A stretch of DNA of 64,000 nt. Source: Gemmatimonadota bacterium. GTDB lineage: Bacteria; Gemmatimonadota; Gemmatimonadetes; Gemmatimonadales; Gemmatimonadaceae. The notes beneath the pieces were generated by a model. It was not told where the DNA came from. It searched no databases and worked only from the letters and a program-made list of their open reading frames with translations. Of this stretch, positions 10,501 to 19,632 are shown in pieces. The position numbers and the translations under genes were made by a program. The stretch covers positions 160,001-224,000 of the forward strand of contig JAZJZK010000008.1 in assembly GCA_040389905.1 (NCBI GenBank). The letters are read 5' to 3'. Positions within the stretch are counted from its first letter, which is position 1; each line of letters begins with the position of its first letter.

Positions 10501-10877
10501 CTCGATACGAGTCGGCGCTCGCGCTGTATCGCGGCGAGTTCCTCGGCGACAACCGGTATGCAGAGTGGGCGGAGTCGGAGCGCCGGGAGCGGCGCCGCGA
10601 ATTCATCGTTGCGGCGGAGCGTCTCACCGCGCTGCTGATCACGGCAGGTGAATTCGAGCGAGCGATTCGGTGGGCGGAGACGATGCTCCAACACGATCCT
10701 CTCTGGGAGCCCGCCTATACCGTGCTGATGGAGGCGTTCTGGCGGCAGGGCAACCGCGCGCTGGCGGTGCGCACGTTCAACCGGTGTCGAAAGCGTCTGA
10801 AGGACGCGCTGGGTGTCGCGCCGTCGAGCAGTACGATTGCACTGCTCGACCGGATTACACAGCAGTCCACGAACTGA
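7584..10877 (+). CDS. MalT-like STAND NTPase transcriptional activator with TPR region and C-terminal wHTH + BTAD (SARP) domains
   Basis: Walker A GYGKTT, Walker B VLDDYD, TEGWP and LFDYL.EEV motifs; C-terminal LGPFRV..., ILEALW, ALYRGEFL, DPLWE. Confidence 0.88.
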   Translation: MANADIPTEKPPAPPTRREEFVVRTRFVQPTLRRHIIARPRVDAIVARAMEYPLTVVKAEPGYGKTTAVASWLAGSEHAQVWYNVGETEADPHVFLLHLIQALRSVGGTIGTRALELLEQGDRAPRLWDSTVDALSNDLLDSLDRNTVLVLDDYDRVNSSEVNAIIGRLVESMPPRMHLVITARRMPSFRGRARWRASGEMLEVSRADLAFTSHEVAQLLERRLEQPLSQDVASAVAAETEGWPIALQMLSDSLGASPAEALDSLLQRIPGPSELLFDYLAEEVFLRQTADVRRFLGESALLRRLDADTCDRVLGTTDSAAVLRFLEDSSLFVSTHGSVRYHNLFRDFLMRRAGVTAERRTELHRTAAAHYLSRHDDEEAVHHLLAAGDHVRAADVVARIAAPMAASGRHQTLRGWLDQLPPAVLAESPDLLYALAETSRIGCRYAEAISAYVNARSRYRARGDRTGELAALRGHALCFLDTVQPARAEPLLREALRMTWGDKPARQQIYLLLAENRLNAGDLRRAERLFRAVQWATSRDRAPVLNPRVYVRTGRFTQARELIEAGLRSESDKDARARPPRSHREAAALLAWTNSMIGASDDARQHAAESLEIGQLLGSSVVECISQGRLGLSWLTGHDYDPVRAVSYFTDALRMAERIDVPRFKVEPLLGMTIVHGLEGAAEQAEATGREALAIVNETGDRYVRGVVCVALGAALTNVGRPAAEGWLLEAVRQGIECGDKFVQCVASLWLAIHYSRAGQSTAARQTFARALEQAHEHDYGFLFEGTALLAPKSLGVMRGLLRRAQEHPDEGPYARSLSALIDPSSSSAASTSGADTVATAALYIQTLGPFRVWRKGQEIERSAWGREKALHLLQLLVCRRERPLHREEILEALWKDGVSSTATTGLRVALSALRNALEPEREAGVDSPFVKRDGDTIRLGLELGVRVDADEFSRLLKAARAQEALNVDESIARYESALALYRGEFLGDNRYAEWAESERRERRREFIVAAERLTALLITAGEFERAIRWAETMLQHDPLWEPAYTVLMEAFWRQGNRALAVRTFNRCRKRLKDALGVAPSSSTIALLDRITQQSTN

Positions 10878-10892
10878 TCAGGGCTCGTAACG

Positions 10893-10969
10893 GCAAGTGC
10901 AGGGCCCTTCGTTTCACTCCCTTTGTCGCTTGCGATCCTCGAGGGCAGGCAGGCGACAAAACGAGCGGA
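10893..10969 (+). repeat. Family A REP interrupted by a 32-nt insert (10919-10950)
   Basis: GCAAGTGCAGGGCCCTTCG...[insert]...AGGCGACAAAACGAGCGGA. Confidence 0.8.
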
Positions 10970-11019
10970 ACCGCAGATGCAGGCCTTGCCCGTACGGCAA
11001 TGCGATGGATACTTCGCGT

Positions 11020-13995
11020 ATGCAAATACTCCCGACGAGCACCCTCCGCCTTGCCACGCTGCTGCTGTATGCTGCGCCCCTCGCAGGCGCGGTGGCGCAG
11101 CAGCCTGTCGCCGCCGCCCCGCGACCGTTGATCAATGCGCCAGACAATCCGCTGCTGCGCGGATTTCGCTGGCGGTCCATCGGGCCCGTCGGTCAGGGCG
11201 GCCGCATCGACGACATCGCCGTCGATGAAAAGAATCCGTCCACGTACTATATCGGATTCGCCGTCGGCGGGGTTGCGAAGACATCGAATAATGGGACGAC
11301 CTTCGAGCCAATCTTCGATACCTACGGCGCGGCGTCGATCGCCGACATCGCGCTCGCGCCGTCGGACCCGAACGTTGTGTATGTCGCGACGGGTGAGGCG
11401 AACAACCGGCAGACGACGTCGTATGGCGACGGCTTGTACAAGAGCACCGACGCGGGAAAGACATTCACCAATATCGGATTCAGGAACGCGCAGACGCTCG
11501 GACGCGTCATCGTGCATCCGACGAATCCGAATACGGCTTGGATGGCAGTTGGCGGGCACCTCTACGGATCGAACGCCGAGCGTGGCGTGTTCATGACGAC
11601 GGACGGCGGCCGCACCTGGCAGAAGACGCTGTACGTGGACGAGTACACCAGCGCGACGGAAATCATCATCGATCCAGGCAATCCGCAGAACCTGTGGGCG
11701 GCGATGTACCAGCGGCAACGCACTGCGTGGGGATTCAACGGTGGCGGTCCAGGCAGTGGGCTGTACCAGAGCACCGACGGCGGCCGTAAGTGGACGAAGA
11801 CGACCGCGTCCGGACTGCCACGCGGAACGATGGGACGCATTGCGCTGGATATCTGCAGGACGCAGCCAAATGTCATCTACGCGCAGATCGAGGTGACGCC
11901 CGACAAGGAAATGCCCAGCGCGACGCCTCCGGACTCGAACGCGGGTCGCGGTGGTCGCGGTGGACGTGGCGGTGGTGGTGGTGGCGGCCGAGGCGCGCAA
12001 GGCCCGCCGGATCCGCAGAGCTCCGGTATCTGGCGGTCGAACGACAAGGGTCGTTCGTGGGCCTTCGTGTCGAATGAGAATCAGCGACCAATGTACTTCA
12101 GCCAGATTCGCGTGGATCCCAATAATCCGGAAATCGTCTACCTCGGCGGCGTCGGTCCGACGAAGTCGATCGACGGTGGAAAGACGTGGCAGGGCCTCAA
12201 CAACATGGGCCACGTGGACAACCACGCAATCTGGATCGATCCACTGAATAGCCAGCACGTGATGTACGGAAACGACGGCGGCCTCGATGTCTCGTGGGAT
12301 GGCGGCGCCAAGTGGGACGCGGTGCGCATGTGGGCCATGGGCCTCGCCTATCATGTGTCGGCCGATTCGCGTCATCCGTACTTCATCTGCACCGGCCTGC
12401 AAGACAACGGTTCGTGGTGCGGACCGAGCTCGGTACGCGGAACCGAACCGCGGCAGTGGATGTGGTATCGCTCAGGCGGCGGCGACGGCTTCCAGAATCA
12501 GATCGATCCGTCCGACTACAACGTCTACTATACCGAGTCCCAGAACGCGAACATCTCGCGGTATGACCTGAAGACGGGCGAGGTGCGAGGCATCAAGCCG
12601 TCGCTGGGAGGTCGCGGTGGCCGAGGCGGTGGCGGAGGTGGAGCCGCAGCGGAACCAGGAGCGGAAGCGTCGCCCGTCGCCGCGCCCACGGGTGTGAACA
12701 TCACCAATCCGATTGCCGGTGCGACGATCCAGTTCAACTGGAATTCGCCCATCCGTATTTCGTCGTTCAACGCCCAGACGATCTACCTTGGCGGACGCTC
12801 GCTTTTCATCTCGAAGGATCGCGGCAATTCGTGGACGATGACGAAGGAGTTGGGTAAGGGAATCAACCTCTCTGCGCGGCAGATCATGGGTGTGTCCTAC
12901 GCGCTGCCACAATGTGGGCGCCAAGGCGGGCCCGGCGTTGCCTGCATTCTGTCGAAGAATGACGGATACGTCGCGAATGAGTTTGGATCGATGACGGAAC
13001 TTGCAGAGTCGCCGGTGACGCAGGGGCTTCTGTGGGCGGGCACGGACGACGGCAATGTACAACTCAGCAGGGATGGCGGCGCGACGTGGGAAGAAGTCGG
13101 GGCCAACATCCCCGGCGTCAATCATGAGTACTACGTCTCGGGGCTCGAGGCATCGCGTTACGATGCGGGCACGGCGTACGTTGCCCTCGATGGCCACCGC
13201 CACAATGACCTCAAGCCGTACATCTTCAAGACGACCGACTACGGCAAAAGCTGGAGGTCGGTGACGGGGAATCTTCCGGTCGTCGGCAATGTGAATGCGA
13301 TCCGACAGGACCCGGTCAATCGCAACCTGCTCTACGCACCGACGGAACTCGGCTTCTTCGTCTCGCTCGACGATGGAAGGAACTGGAACTCGTTGATGCC
13401 AAACCTTCCGATTGGCCGCACGGACGACGTGCTCGTGCATCCGCGCGAGAACGATCTGATCCTTGCCACCCATTCCCGCAGTGTGTGGATCCTCGATGAC
13501 ATTTCTCCGCTGCAGCGCGCGACGCCCGACATGCTCGACAAGGACGCCGTTGTCTTTCCGGTGCGTGATGCCATCGCGTGGAAAGTGGATCGTCGCGCGT
13601 CAACCGGCGTGCCGGGCGACAGGTGGTGGGCCGGCGAGAATGCGCCGAGAGGCACGGCGATCGCCTATTACCTGAAGAGCGGTGGCGGCGATACCAGGAT
13701 CACCGTCGCCGACGCAACGTCGGGGCAGGAGTTCCGTGTGATGAACACGACGAGTTCGACGGGCCTCAACCGTTGGCAGTGGGATCTGTGCAGTACGCCC
13801 GCGCCACCGGGCGCCGGTGGTGGTGGCGGTCGTGGAGGTGGGGGAGGAGGAGGAGGTGGTGGCGGCGGTGGATGCCAAGGGGGCGGACGGGCGGCGCCGG
13901 TTGGGAGTTATCGCGTGACGGTCACGGTTGGCGGACGCGAGGTCGGTACGCAGACGATCAGGGTGTTGGAAGACACCTGGCTCAACGAGCGCTAG
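11020..13995 (+). CDS. Secreted VPS10/sortilin-like BNR-repeat beta-propeller protein (glycosyl-hydrolase-like)
   Basis: Signal peptide from MQILP; WRSIGP..GGRI; multiple S.DGG.TW Asp-box repeats; Gly/Arg-rich loops. Confidence 0.88.
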   Translation: MQILPTSTLRLATLLLYAAPLAGAVAQQPVAAAPRPLINAPDNPLLRGFRWRSIGPVGQGGRIDDIAVDEKNPSTYYIGFAVGGVAKTSNNGTTFEPIFDTYGAASIADIALAPSDPNVVYVATGEANNRQTTSYGDGLYKSTDAGKTFTNIGFRNAQTLGRVIVHPTNPNTAWMAVGGHLYGSNAERGVFMTTDGGRTWQKTLYVDEYTSATEIIIDPGNPQNLWAAMYQRQRTAWGFNGGGPGSGLYQSTDGGRKWTKTTASGLPRGTMGRIALDICRTQPNVIYAQIEVTPDKEMPSATPPDSNAGRGGRGGRGGGGGGGRGAQGPPDPQSSGIWRSNDKGRSWAFVSNENQRPMYFSQIRVDPNNPEIVYLGGVGPTKSIDGGKTWQGLNNMGHVDNHAIWIDPLNSQHVMYGNDGGLDVSWDGGAKWDAVRMWAMGLAYHVSADSRHPYFICTGLQDNGSWCGPSSVRGTEPRQWMWYRSGGGDGFQNQIDPSDYNVYYTESQNANISRYDLKTGEVRGIKPSLGGRGGRGGGGGGAAAEPGAEASPVAAPTGVNITNPIAGATIQFNWNSPIRISSFNAQTIYLGGRSLFISKDRGNSWTMTKELGKGINLSARQIMGVSYALPQCGRQGGPGVACILSKNDGYVANEFGSMTELAESPVTQGLLWAGTDDGNVQLSRDGGATWEEVGANIPGVNHEYYVSGLEASRYDAGTAYVALDGHRHNDLKPYIFKTTDYGKSWRSVTGNLPVVGNVNAIRQDPVNRNLLYAPTELGFFVSLDDGRNWNSLMPNLPIGRTDDVLVHPRENDLILATHSRSVWILDDISPLQRATPDMLDKDAVVFPVRDAIAWKVDRRASTGVPGDRWWAGENAPRGTAIAYYLKSGGGDTRITVADATSGQEFRVMNTTSSTGLNRWQWDLCSTPAPPGAGGGGGRGGGGGGGGGGGGGCQGGGRAAPVGSYRVTVTVGGREVGTQTIRVLEDTWLNER

Positions 13996-14630
13996 CCCAC
14001 GCTCCGCAGTGACGCGAGAAACAACTCGACCGCTGCATTGACGACGCGCTCCTCATCGATCGTGATCTCGCGAAGATGGGGAGCGTGTTGCTGCCAGATG
14101 AGCTGAAGCATGAGCCCCGAGACGAGGAGGCGCGCGCCGACCTCGCTGTCCGCATCGGCGCGGAACTCGCCGGCCTCCTTGCCCTCCTCGACGAGCGAGG
14201 CGATCAGTCCCCAGAGTCGCATGGGTCCGGTCCTGAGCCAGCGATGGTGCACGCGAGGCATTTCATGCGCGACGTCGCGCAACAGGACCAGGAATAGCTC
14301 TCCGCGTGTGCGATCGGGATTGGAGAACATGCGCCGCACGAGGAGTCCAATGCGCGCGGATGGCGGCAATGTCTTGTCGCGCAGCACATCCTCGACTCGG
14401 CCGAAGGCCACATCCTGGAAATGTTCGACGACGCCGAGGAGGAGTTCCTCCTTGGTGTCGAAATAGTGGTAGATCGCGCCCTTGGTCACACCCGCCGCCT
14501 CGGCGACGTCATCGAGCCGAGCGGCGCGGTATCCCTTGCGGGCAAAGACGTCGAGGGCGGCTTCGAGCAATTCCTGCGGGCGCTGATCCGGTCGTCGCTC
14601 GCGGCGGAGTGGTTGTGCAGGCCTGGTCAT
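13992..14630 (-). CDS. TetR/AcrR-family regulator
   Basis: LLEAALDVFARKGY....DDVAEAAGVTKGAIYHYFDTKEEL HTH; divergent from the MFS gene. Confidence 0.93.
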   Translation of the reverse strand: MTRPAQPLRRERRPDQRPQELLEAALDVFARKGYRAARLDDVAEAAGVTKGAIYHYFDTKEELLLGVVEHFQDVAFGRVEDVLRDKTLPPSARIGLLVRRMFSNPDRTRGELFLVLLRDVAHEMPRVHHRWLRTGPMRLWGLIASLVEEGKEAGEFRADADSEVGARLLVSGLMLQLIWQQHAPHLREITIDEERVVNAAVELFLASLRSVG

Positions 14631-14668
14631 GGCAGACGGTGTGGGACGGAGGCCGGTGAGTAGCGCAG

Positions 14669-14690
14669 TAACATACCCGTGAGTATGTTA
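14669..14690. promoter_or_regulatory. TetR operator overlapping the MFS promoter
   Basis: Perfect inverted repeat TAACATAC-CCGTGA-GTATGTTA in the 65-bp divergent gap. Confidence 0.8.
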
Positions 14691-14695
14691 ATCTC

Positions 14696-16285
14696 GTGTC
14701 CGAGGAGAATCAAAGTTCACCGGCAGCCGCCGCCGCGATGCGCCGGGGCGCCGAGCACAAATATCTGATCGCGGCGGCGGTCGTACTCGCGGCGTTGATG
14801 CAGGTGATCGACTCGTCGATCGTCAATGTCGCGCTGCCCGACATGATGGGAAATCTCGGCGCGAACCTCGACGAGATCGCCTGGGTTTCTACGGGCTACA
14901 TACTCGCCAGCGTCGTCGTCATCCCACTGACGGGCTTCCTCGGCGCGTTCTTCGGACGCAAGCGGTACTTCGTCGGCTCGATCGCGACGTTCACGGCTGC
15001 CAGCTTCTTCTGCGGTGCGGCACACTCGCTTGGCGCGCTCATCTTCTGGCGCATTGTCCAGGGGATCGGCGGCGGCGCATTGATGACCGTCTCGCAGGCG
15101 GTCCTGTTCGAGTCCTTTCCTCCAGAGGAGGCGGGCACCGCGATGGCGCTGTTCGGGCTCGGCGTGATGGTGGGGCCGACCATCGGTCCGACGCTGGGCG
15201 GATATCTCGTCGATACGTCAGGCTGGCCGTGGATTTTCTACATCAACATCCCGGTGGGAATCGTCGCGGCGATGATGATCGCGGCGTATGTGCATGACCC
15301 CGCGCACCAAAAGAAGCCGCCGACGATCGACTATCAGGGGATCGCGCTGCTCGTCGTGAGTGTCGGCGCGTTGCAGTACGTGTTGGAGCACGGGCAGCGA
15401 GAGGACTGGCTGGATTCGCGCCTCATCACGAGTCTCGCGGTCGTCGGTGTCGTCGGCTGGCTGGCGCTCATGTGGCGTGAACTCACGACGGACCATCCGG
15501 TCATCGATTTTCGGGTACTCAAACACCGACAGATGTGGGTGGGCACGCTCCTCGGTGTCGTAATGGGCGTCGGGTTGTATGCGATGTCGTTCACGCTGCC
15601 GGTTTTCCTGCAATCGAACCTGCACATGTCTGCGCAACAAACCGGCATGGTGCTGCTGCCGGGGGCGTTGGCAACGGCTATCTCAATGGCAGTGGTCGGC
15701 CGCCTGGCGAACAGATTCGATCCACGGGCGATCATCACGCTTGGTGCGATCCTCTTCGCCGCGGCGGCGTGGCAGTTGTCTCAGATCACCGGTGAGAGTG
15801 GAGCGCGGGACTTCTTCTGGCCCCTGATCGGACGCGGACTCGGGCTGGGCATGATGTTTGTTCCGTTGACGACGATTACGCTCGCCGAGCTTTCACCACG
15901 AGAGCTTCCGCAGGGCGTGGGGCTGTACAGCTTCTTTCGTCAACTCGGCGGATCGTTCGGCATTGCGGGAATCGCGACACTGGTCGCGAAGTACACGGCC
16001 CAATATCGGGCGGTGATCGGCGAGCACCTCTCGGCGAACGATGCTGGATCACTGAACCGGCTCGAGATGCTGACGCGTGGGATGATGGCGCGCGGCGCCG
16101 ACCCTTGGACAGCGCGGCGCCGCGCTCTGGCCATCATGGACCGGCAGCTCCTGGGCCAGGCGAGCGTGGTGGCGTACTCGAGAATCTATGTCATTGCGGC
16201 GGGGTTGATCCTGCTACTGATTCCCCTGTTGTTACTCGTACGGCAGACGTCGCGGGGCCGAGTCGAGCATGCTGTCGTGGAATGA
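14696..16285 (+). CDS. DHA2 (EmrB/QacA) MFS efflux permease
   Basis: DSSIVNVALP, WVSTGY, GPTIGPTLGG and WPWIFYINIPVG motifs; about 14 TM segments. Confidence 0.93.
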   Translation: MSEENQSSPAAAAAMRRGAEHKYLIAAAVVLAALMQVIDSSIVNVALPDMMGNLGANLDEIAWVSTGYILASVVVIPLTGFLGAFFGRKRYFVGSIATFTAASFFCGAAHSLGALIFWRIVQGIGGGALMTVSQAVLFESFPPEEAGTAMALFGLGVMVGPTIGPTLGGYLVDTSGWPWIFYINIPVGIVAAMMIAAYVHDPAHQKKPPTIDYQGIALLVVSVGALQYVLEHGQREDWLDSRLITSLAVVGVVGWLALMWRELTTDHPVIDFRVLKHRQMWVGTLLGVVMGVGLYAMSFTLPVFLQSNLHMSAQQTGMVLLPGALATAISMAVVGRLANRFDPRAIITLGAILFAAAAWQLSQITGESGARDFFWPLIGRGLGLGMMFVPLTTITLAELSPRELPQGVGLYSFFRQLGGSFGIAGIATLVAKYTAQYRAVIGEHLSANDAGSLNRLEMLTRGMMARGADPWTARRRALAIMDRQLLGQASVVAYSRIYVIAAGLILLLIPLLLLVRQTSRGRVEHAVVE

Positions 16286-16305
16286 GATGTCGATATTTTG
16301 CAACG

Positions 16306-16349
16306 GCAGGTGCAGGCCCTTCGCTTTGCTCAGGGCGACACAACAAGCG
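16306..16349 (+). repeat. REP-like singlet, family A
   Basis: GCAGGTGCAGGCCCTTCGCTTTGCTCAGGGCGACACAACAAGCG. Confidence 0.9.
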
Positions 16350-16358
16350 TGAGAACTC

Positions 16359-19300
16359 GTGTTCATATCTGATTTCAGTATCCGGCGGCCGATCATCACC
16401 GTCGTGAGCATGATCGCGCTCGTCGCGTTCGGGCTGTCGTCACTCGTGCGGTTGGACACGGACGAATTTCCGGAGCTCGACCAGCCGATCGTCTTCATCG
16501 GCATCCCCTATCCGGGAGCCGCGCCCGACGTGGTCGAGCGAGAAGTCGTCACACGCCTCGAAGACAAGCTCTCCGGTATCAGCGGTGTCGAGAAGCTGAA
16601 TTCGTCAGCGACAGATGGCTTTGCGCGCATCACCGTGCAGTTCATCTACTCGAAAGACGTCAATCAGGCGGTGCAGGACGTTCGCGACGCGATCTCGGCG
16701 GCGCGCGCGCAACTGCCGGCGGACATCATTGAGCCCATCATTGCGCGCTTCGATCCGGCGTCGCTTCCGATCGTCTCGCTGGCGCTGACGTCCGACGTGC
16801 TGACGCCGCCGGAGTTGACGCGGCTCGCGGATGAGCGGATCGCCGGCGAGTTGCGCGCCGTGCCTGGTGTCGCACAGGTCAACGTCGTCGGCGGCGACAG
16901 TGCGCAGCTCAATATCGATGTGCGCCCGGGTGATCTGGCCGCCGCCGGAGTGGGGATCGACCAGATCATCAACGCCGTTCGTGCCCAGAACCTGGCCGCT
17001 CCCGTGGGCCGAGTGAGCTCCAAGCTCGAAGAGCGTTCGATTCGTCTCGATGGACGACTGGAGCAACCAGAAGAGTTCGCCCAGATCGTCATCGCGCAGC
17101 GCGCGGGGCAACTGGTGCGGCTCGGGGAAGTTGCCAGTGTGTCCGCCGGCGCGGCCGAACTCCGCTCGGCGGCGCTGTACAACGGCAAGACCGCGATTGG
17201 TCTCGACGTCGTCAAGTCGCGCGACTACAGCACAACCGGTGTGAGCGACGCTGTGAACGCGCAGATCCAGGCGATTGCCACGACGCTGCCTGCCGGGACG
17301 CGCATCGCCAGCGTGCGGGACGCGGGGACGCGCGTGAGGAACTCGGTTCGCAATGTGGAGGAGACGCTCGTCGAGGGCGCGATGTTGACGGTGCTCGTCG
17401 TCTTCCTCTTCCTCAACTCCTGGCGCTCCACGGTCATTACCGGATTGGCACTACCGGTATCGGTCTTGGCCGCCTTCGCACCGCTCCTCGCGTTCGGCTT
17501 CACGCTGAACGTCATGTCGCTCATGGGTCTGTCACTGGCGATCGGCATCCTCATCGACGATGCGATCGTGGTGCGCGAAAACATCGTGCGCCACGTGGAG
17601 ATGGGGAAAGACCATCTCACGGCAGCGCATGAGGGCACCGATGAAATCGGCCTCGCGGTCACCGCCACGACGTTTTCGATCGTCGCCGTGTTCGTGCCCG
17701 TTGGCTTCATGCCGGGGCTCGCGGGGCAATTGTTCAAGCCGTTTGCGCTCACGATTGCGAGCGCCGTGCTGGTGAGTCTCTTCGTCTCGTTCTCACTCGA
17801 TCCCATGCTATCGGCCTACTGGGCCGATCCGCAGCTCGAGGCACACGAGCGACGCAATCCACTCGCCCGTGCACTCGACCGCTTCAATCAGTGGTTCGAC
17901 CGCCAGGCAGAGCGATACACGCGCGTCGTCGCGTGGGCGCTGGATCATCGGTGGTGGATGGTGTCGATCGCCGCAACGACGTTCGTGGCCGCCATTGCGT
18001 TGCAGGCCATTTTCGGTGGGGTTGGCTTCTCCCCCATCAGCGACAACAGTGAGTTGAACGTCGCGGTGGAGACGCCACCGGGCACGAGCCTCGAAGTCAC
18101 GACCGTGAAGGCCGAAGAAGTCGCGCGCATGGTGCGTGCGCATCCGGAGGTTGCGTACACGTACACCACGGTCGGCTCGACCTCTGGCTCCGGCGCGGTG
18201 GACGCGGCGATCGTCTATGTCCGCATGGTGCCGAAGCACGATCGGAACATCAGTCAGGATGCATTCGGCCAGGTCATTCGCAAGGAAGTCTCGCGTGTGG
18301 GAGGAGCCGTTGCGTACACATTCGCGGCTGGCGGCCTCGGCGGAAACCAGAAGATGATGCAGCTTCAGTTGCAGGGGCCAGACGCTGCCGTGTTGACGCG
18401 CTACGCACAGCAGATCGCCGACTCGGTTCGCACGGTGCCCAGCGCCGTCGACGTGGGCCTCTCGACAAAGGGCCAAAAGCCCGAGCTCAACGTGCGTGCC
18501 AATCGCGGTCTCGCCGCGACGCTCGGCGTGAGTCTCGCACAGCTCGGTTCGTCGCTGCGGTTCGCGTTCGCGGGTGTGGATGCGGGTACGTGGGTCGATG
18601 CGGGCGGTCTTTCGCGCTACGTGCATGTCCGCTTGAGCCCTGAGTCGCGCACGCGCACGAGCGACCTGAATCAGTTGCCGATCATGGTCGGTTCGTCGAG
18701 TGGAACGCCGGCCTTCGTGCCCCTGTCGCAGATCGCCACGGTGACGGCAACGAATGGTCCGGCGCAAATCGATCACTTTCAGCGTCAGCGCGTCGTGACG
18801 ATCGGAGCGAACGTGATCGGCGGATCGGTTGGTACCGTGAACAATCAGGTGATGGAAAAGGTCAACAAGGTGATGTTGCCACCGGGCTACAAGGTCACGC
18901 AGGGAGGACAGGTCGAAAGCCAGAACAAGATGTTCGGCAGCATCTTCACGTCACTGGGTGTGGCGGTCATGCTAATGTACCTGATCCTGGTGGTGCAGTT
19001 CGGATCGTTTCTCGATCCCATGGCGATTCTCGTCTCGCTGCCGTTGTCGCTGATTGGTGTGGTCGCGGCATTGCTGGTCACCGGCGGCACGCTGAACATC
19101 ATGAGCCTCATCGGCGTGATGATGCTGATGGGGATCGTCGCCAAGAATGCGATCCTGCTCATCGACTTCGCGAAGTGGACGCACGAGAAGGAAGGCCTCC
19201 CGCTCCGCGACGCGCTGATCGAGGCTGGGCGCATCCGACTGCGCCCGATCATGATGACGACACTGGCGCTCGTCGCCGGTATGGTGCCCGTGGCACTTGG

Positions 19301-19502
19301 CTATGGCGAAGGCGCGGACTTTCGGGCGCCGCTCGGGCGTGCGGTGATCGGCGGCGTCATTGCGTCGACGTTGCTGACGCTGGTGGTCATTCCTACGGTG
19401 TATGAAATCATGGAAGAGTGGCGCAGCAGGTTGATGGCGCGGTTCGGTCCGCGCGCGCACGCTGTAGCGGTGCATCACGAGCAGCCAGTGGGTGCGGACT
19501 AG
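16359..19502 (+). CDS. RND efflux permease (AcrB/AcrD/AcrF family)
   Basis: MFISDFSIRRP, GILIDDAIVVREN, GIVAKNAILLIDF and RLRPIMMTT motifs; 1047 aa. Confidence 0.95.
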   Translation: MFISDFSIRRPIITVVSMIALVAFGLSSLVRLDTDEFPELDQPIVFIGIPYPGAAPDVVEREVVTRLEDKLSGISGVEKLNSSATDGFARITVQFIYSKDVNQAVQDVRDAISAARAQLPADIIEPIIARFDPASLPIVSLALTSDVLTPPELTRLADERIAGELRAVPGVAQVNVVGGDSAQLNIDVRPGDLAAAGVGIDQIINAVRAQNLAAPVGRVSSKLEERSIRLDGRLEQPEEFAQIVIAQRAGQLVRLGEVASVSAGAAELRSAALYNGKTAIGLDVVKSRDYSTTGVSDAVNAQIQAIATTLPAGTRIASVRDAGTRVRNSVRNVEETLVEGAMLTVLVVFLFLNSWRSTVITGLALPVSVLAAFAPLLAFGFTLNVMSLMGLSLAIGILIDDAIVVRENIVRHVEMGKDHLTAAHEGTDEIGLAVTATTFSIVAVFVPVGFMPGLAGQLFKPFALTIASAVLVSLFVSFSLDPMLSAYWADPQLEAHERRNPLARALDRFNQWFDRQAERYTRVVAWALDHRWWMVSIAATTFVAAIALQAIFGGVGFSPISDNSELNVAVETPPGTSLEVTTVKAEEVARMVRAHPEVAYTYTTVGSTSGSGAVDAAIVYVRMVPKHDRNISQDAFGQVIRKEVSRVGGAVAYTFAAGGLGGNQKMMQLQLQGPDAAVLTRYAQQIADSVRTVPSAVDVGLSTKGQKPELNVRANRGLAATLGVSLAQLGSSLRFAFAGVDAGTWVDAGGLSRYVHVRLSPESRTRTSDLNQLPIMVGSSSGTPAFVPLSQIATVTATNGPAQIDHFQRQRVVTIGANVIGGSVGTVNNQVMEKVNKVMLPPGYKVTQGGQVESQNKMFGSIFTSLGVAVMLMYLILVVQFGSFLDPMAILVSLPLSLIGVVAALLVTGGTLNIMSLIGVMMLMGIVAKNAILLIDFAKWTHEKEGLPLRDALIEAGRIRLRPIMMTTLALVAGMVPVALGYGEGADFRAPLGRAVIGGVIASTLLTLVVIPTVYEIMEEWRSRLMARFGPRAHAVAVHHEQPVGAD

Positions 19503-19525
19503 AGGAACGTTCCCAATTTGGCGAT

Positions 19526-19599
19526 GCTCGTTTTGTCGCCCTGAGCCCTTCGTCGCTTGCGCTCCTCGAGGACAGGCTCCGCGAAGGGGCTGCACCTGC
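19526..19599 (-). repeat. Family A REP (reverse) interrupted by the same 32-nt insert (19546-19577)
   Basis: GCTCGTTTTGTCGCCCTGAG[CCCTTCGTCGCTTGCGCTCCTCGAGGACAGGC]TCCGCGAAGGGGCTGCACCTGC. Confidence 0.85.
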
Positions 19600-19632
19600 T
19601 TTTGTACAGAACAGCAACAACGGCAAAGCCTC

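Noticed and set aside
10897..11019. N-terminal extensions in the ORF track (10897, 22376, 24360, 27196, 34796, 36165, 39587, 50463 and others)
   Set aside because: They run through repeats or neighbouring genes; signal peptides and stop/start overlaps point to downstream starts
10855..13473. Long antisense ORFs (e.g. 10855-12402 and 12472-13473; likewise 52185-53519 and the shifted-frame 57380-58660)
   Set aside because: Shadows of well-supported genes in GC-rich DNA with no recognisable motifs
13810..13890. GGN-rich tracts as DNA repeat or contingency loci (also about 11940-11990 and 12608-12642)
   Set aside because: In-frame Gly/Arg linkers with mixed codons inside the BNR protein
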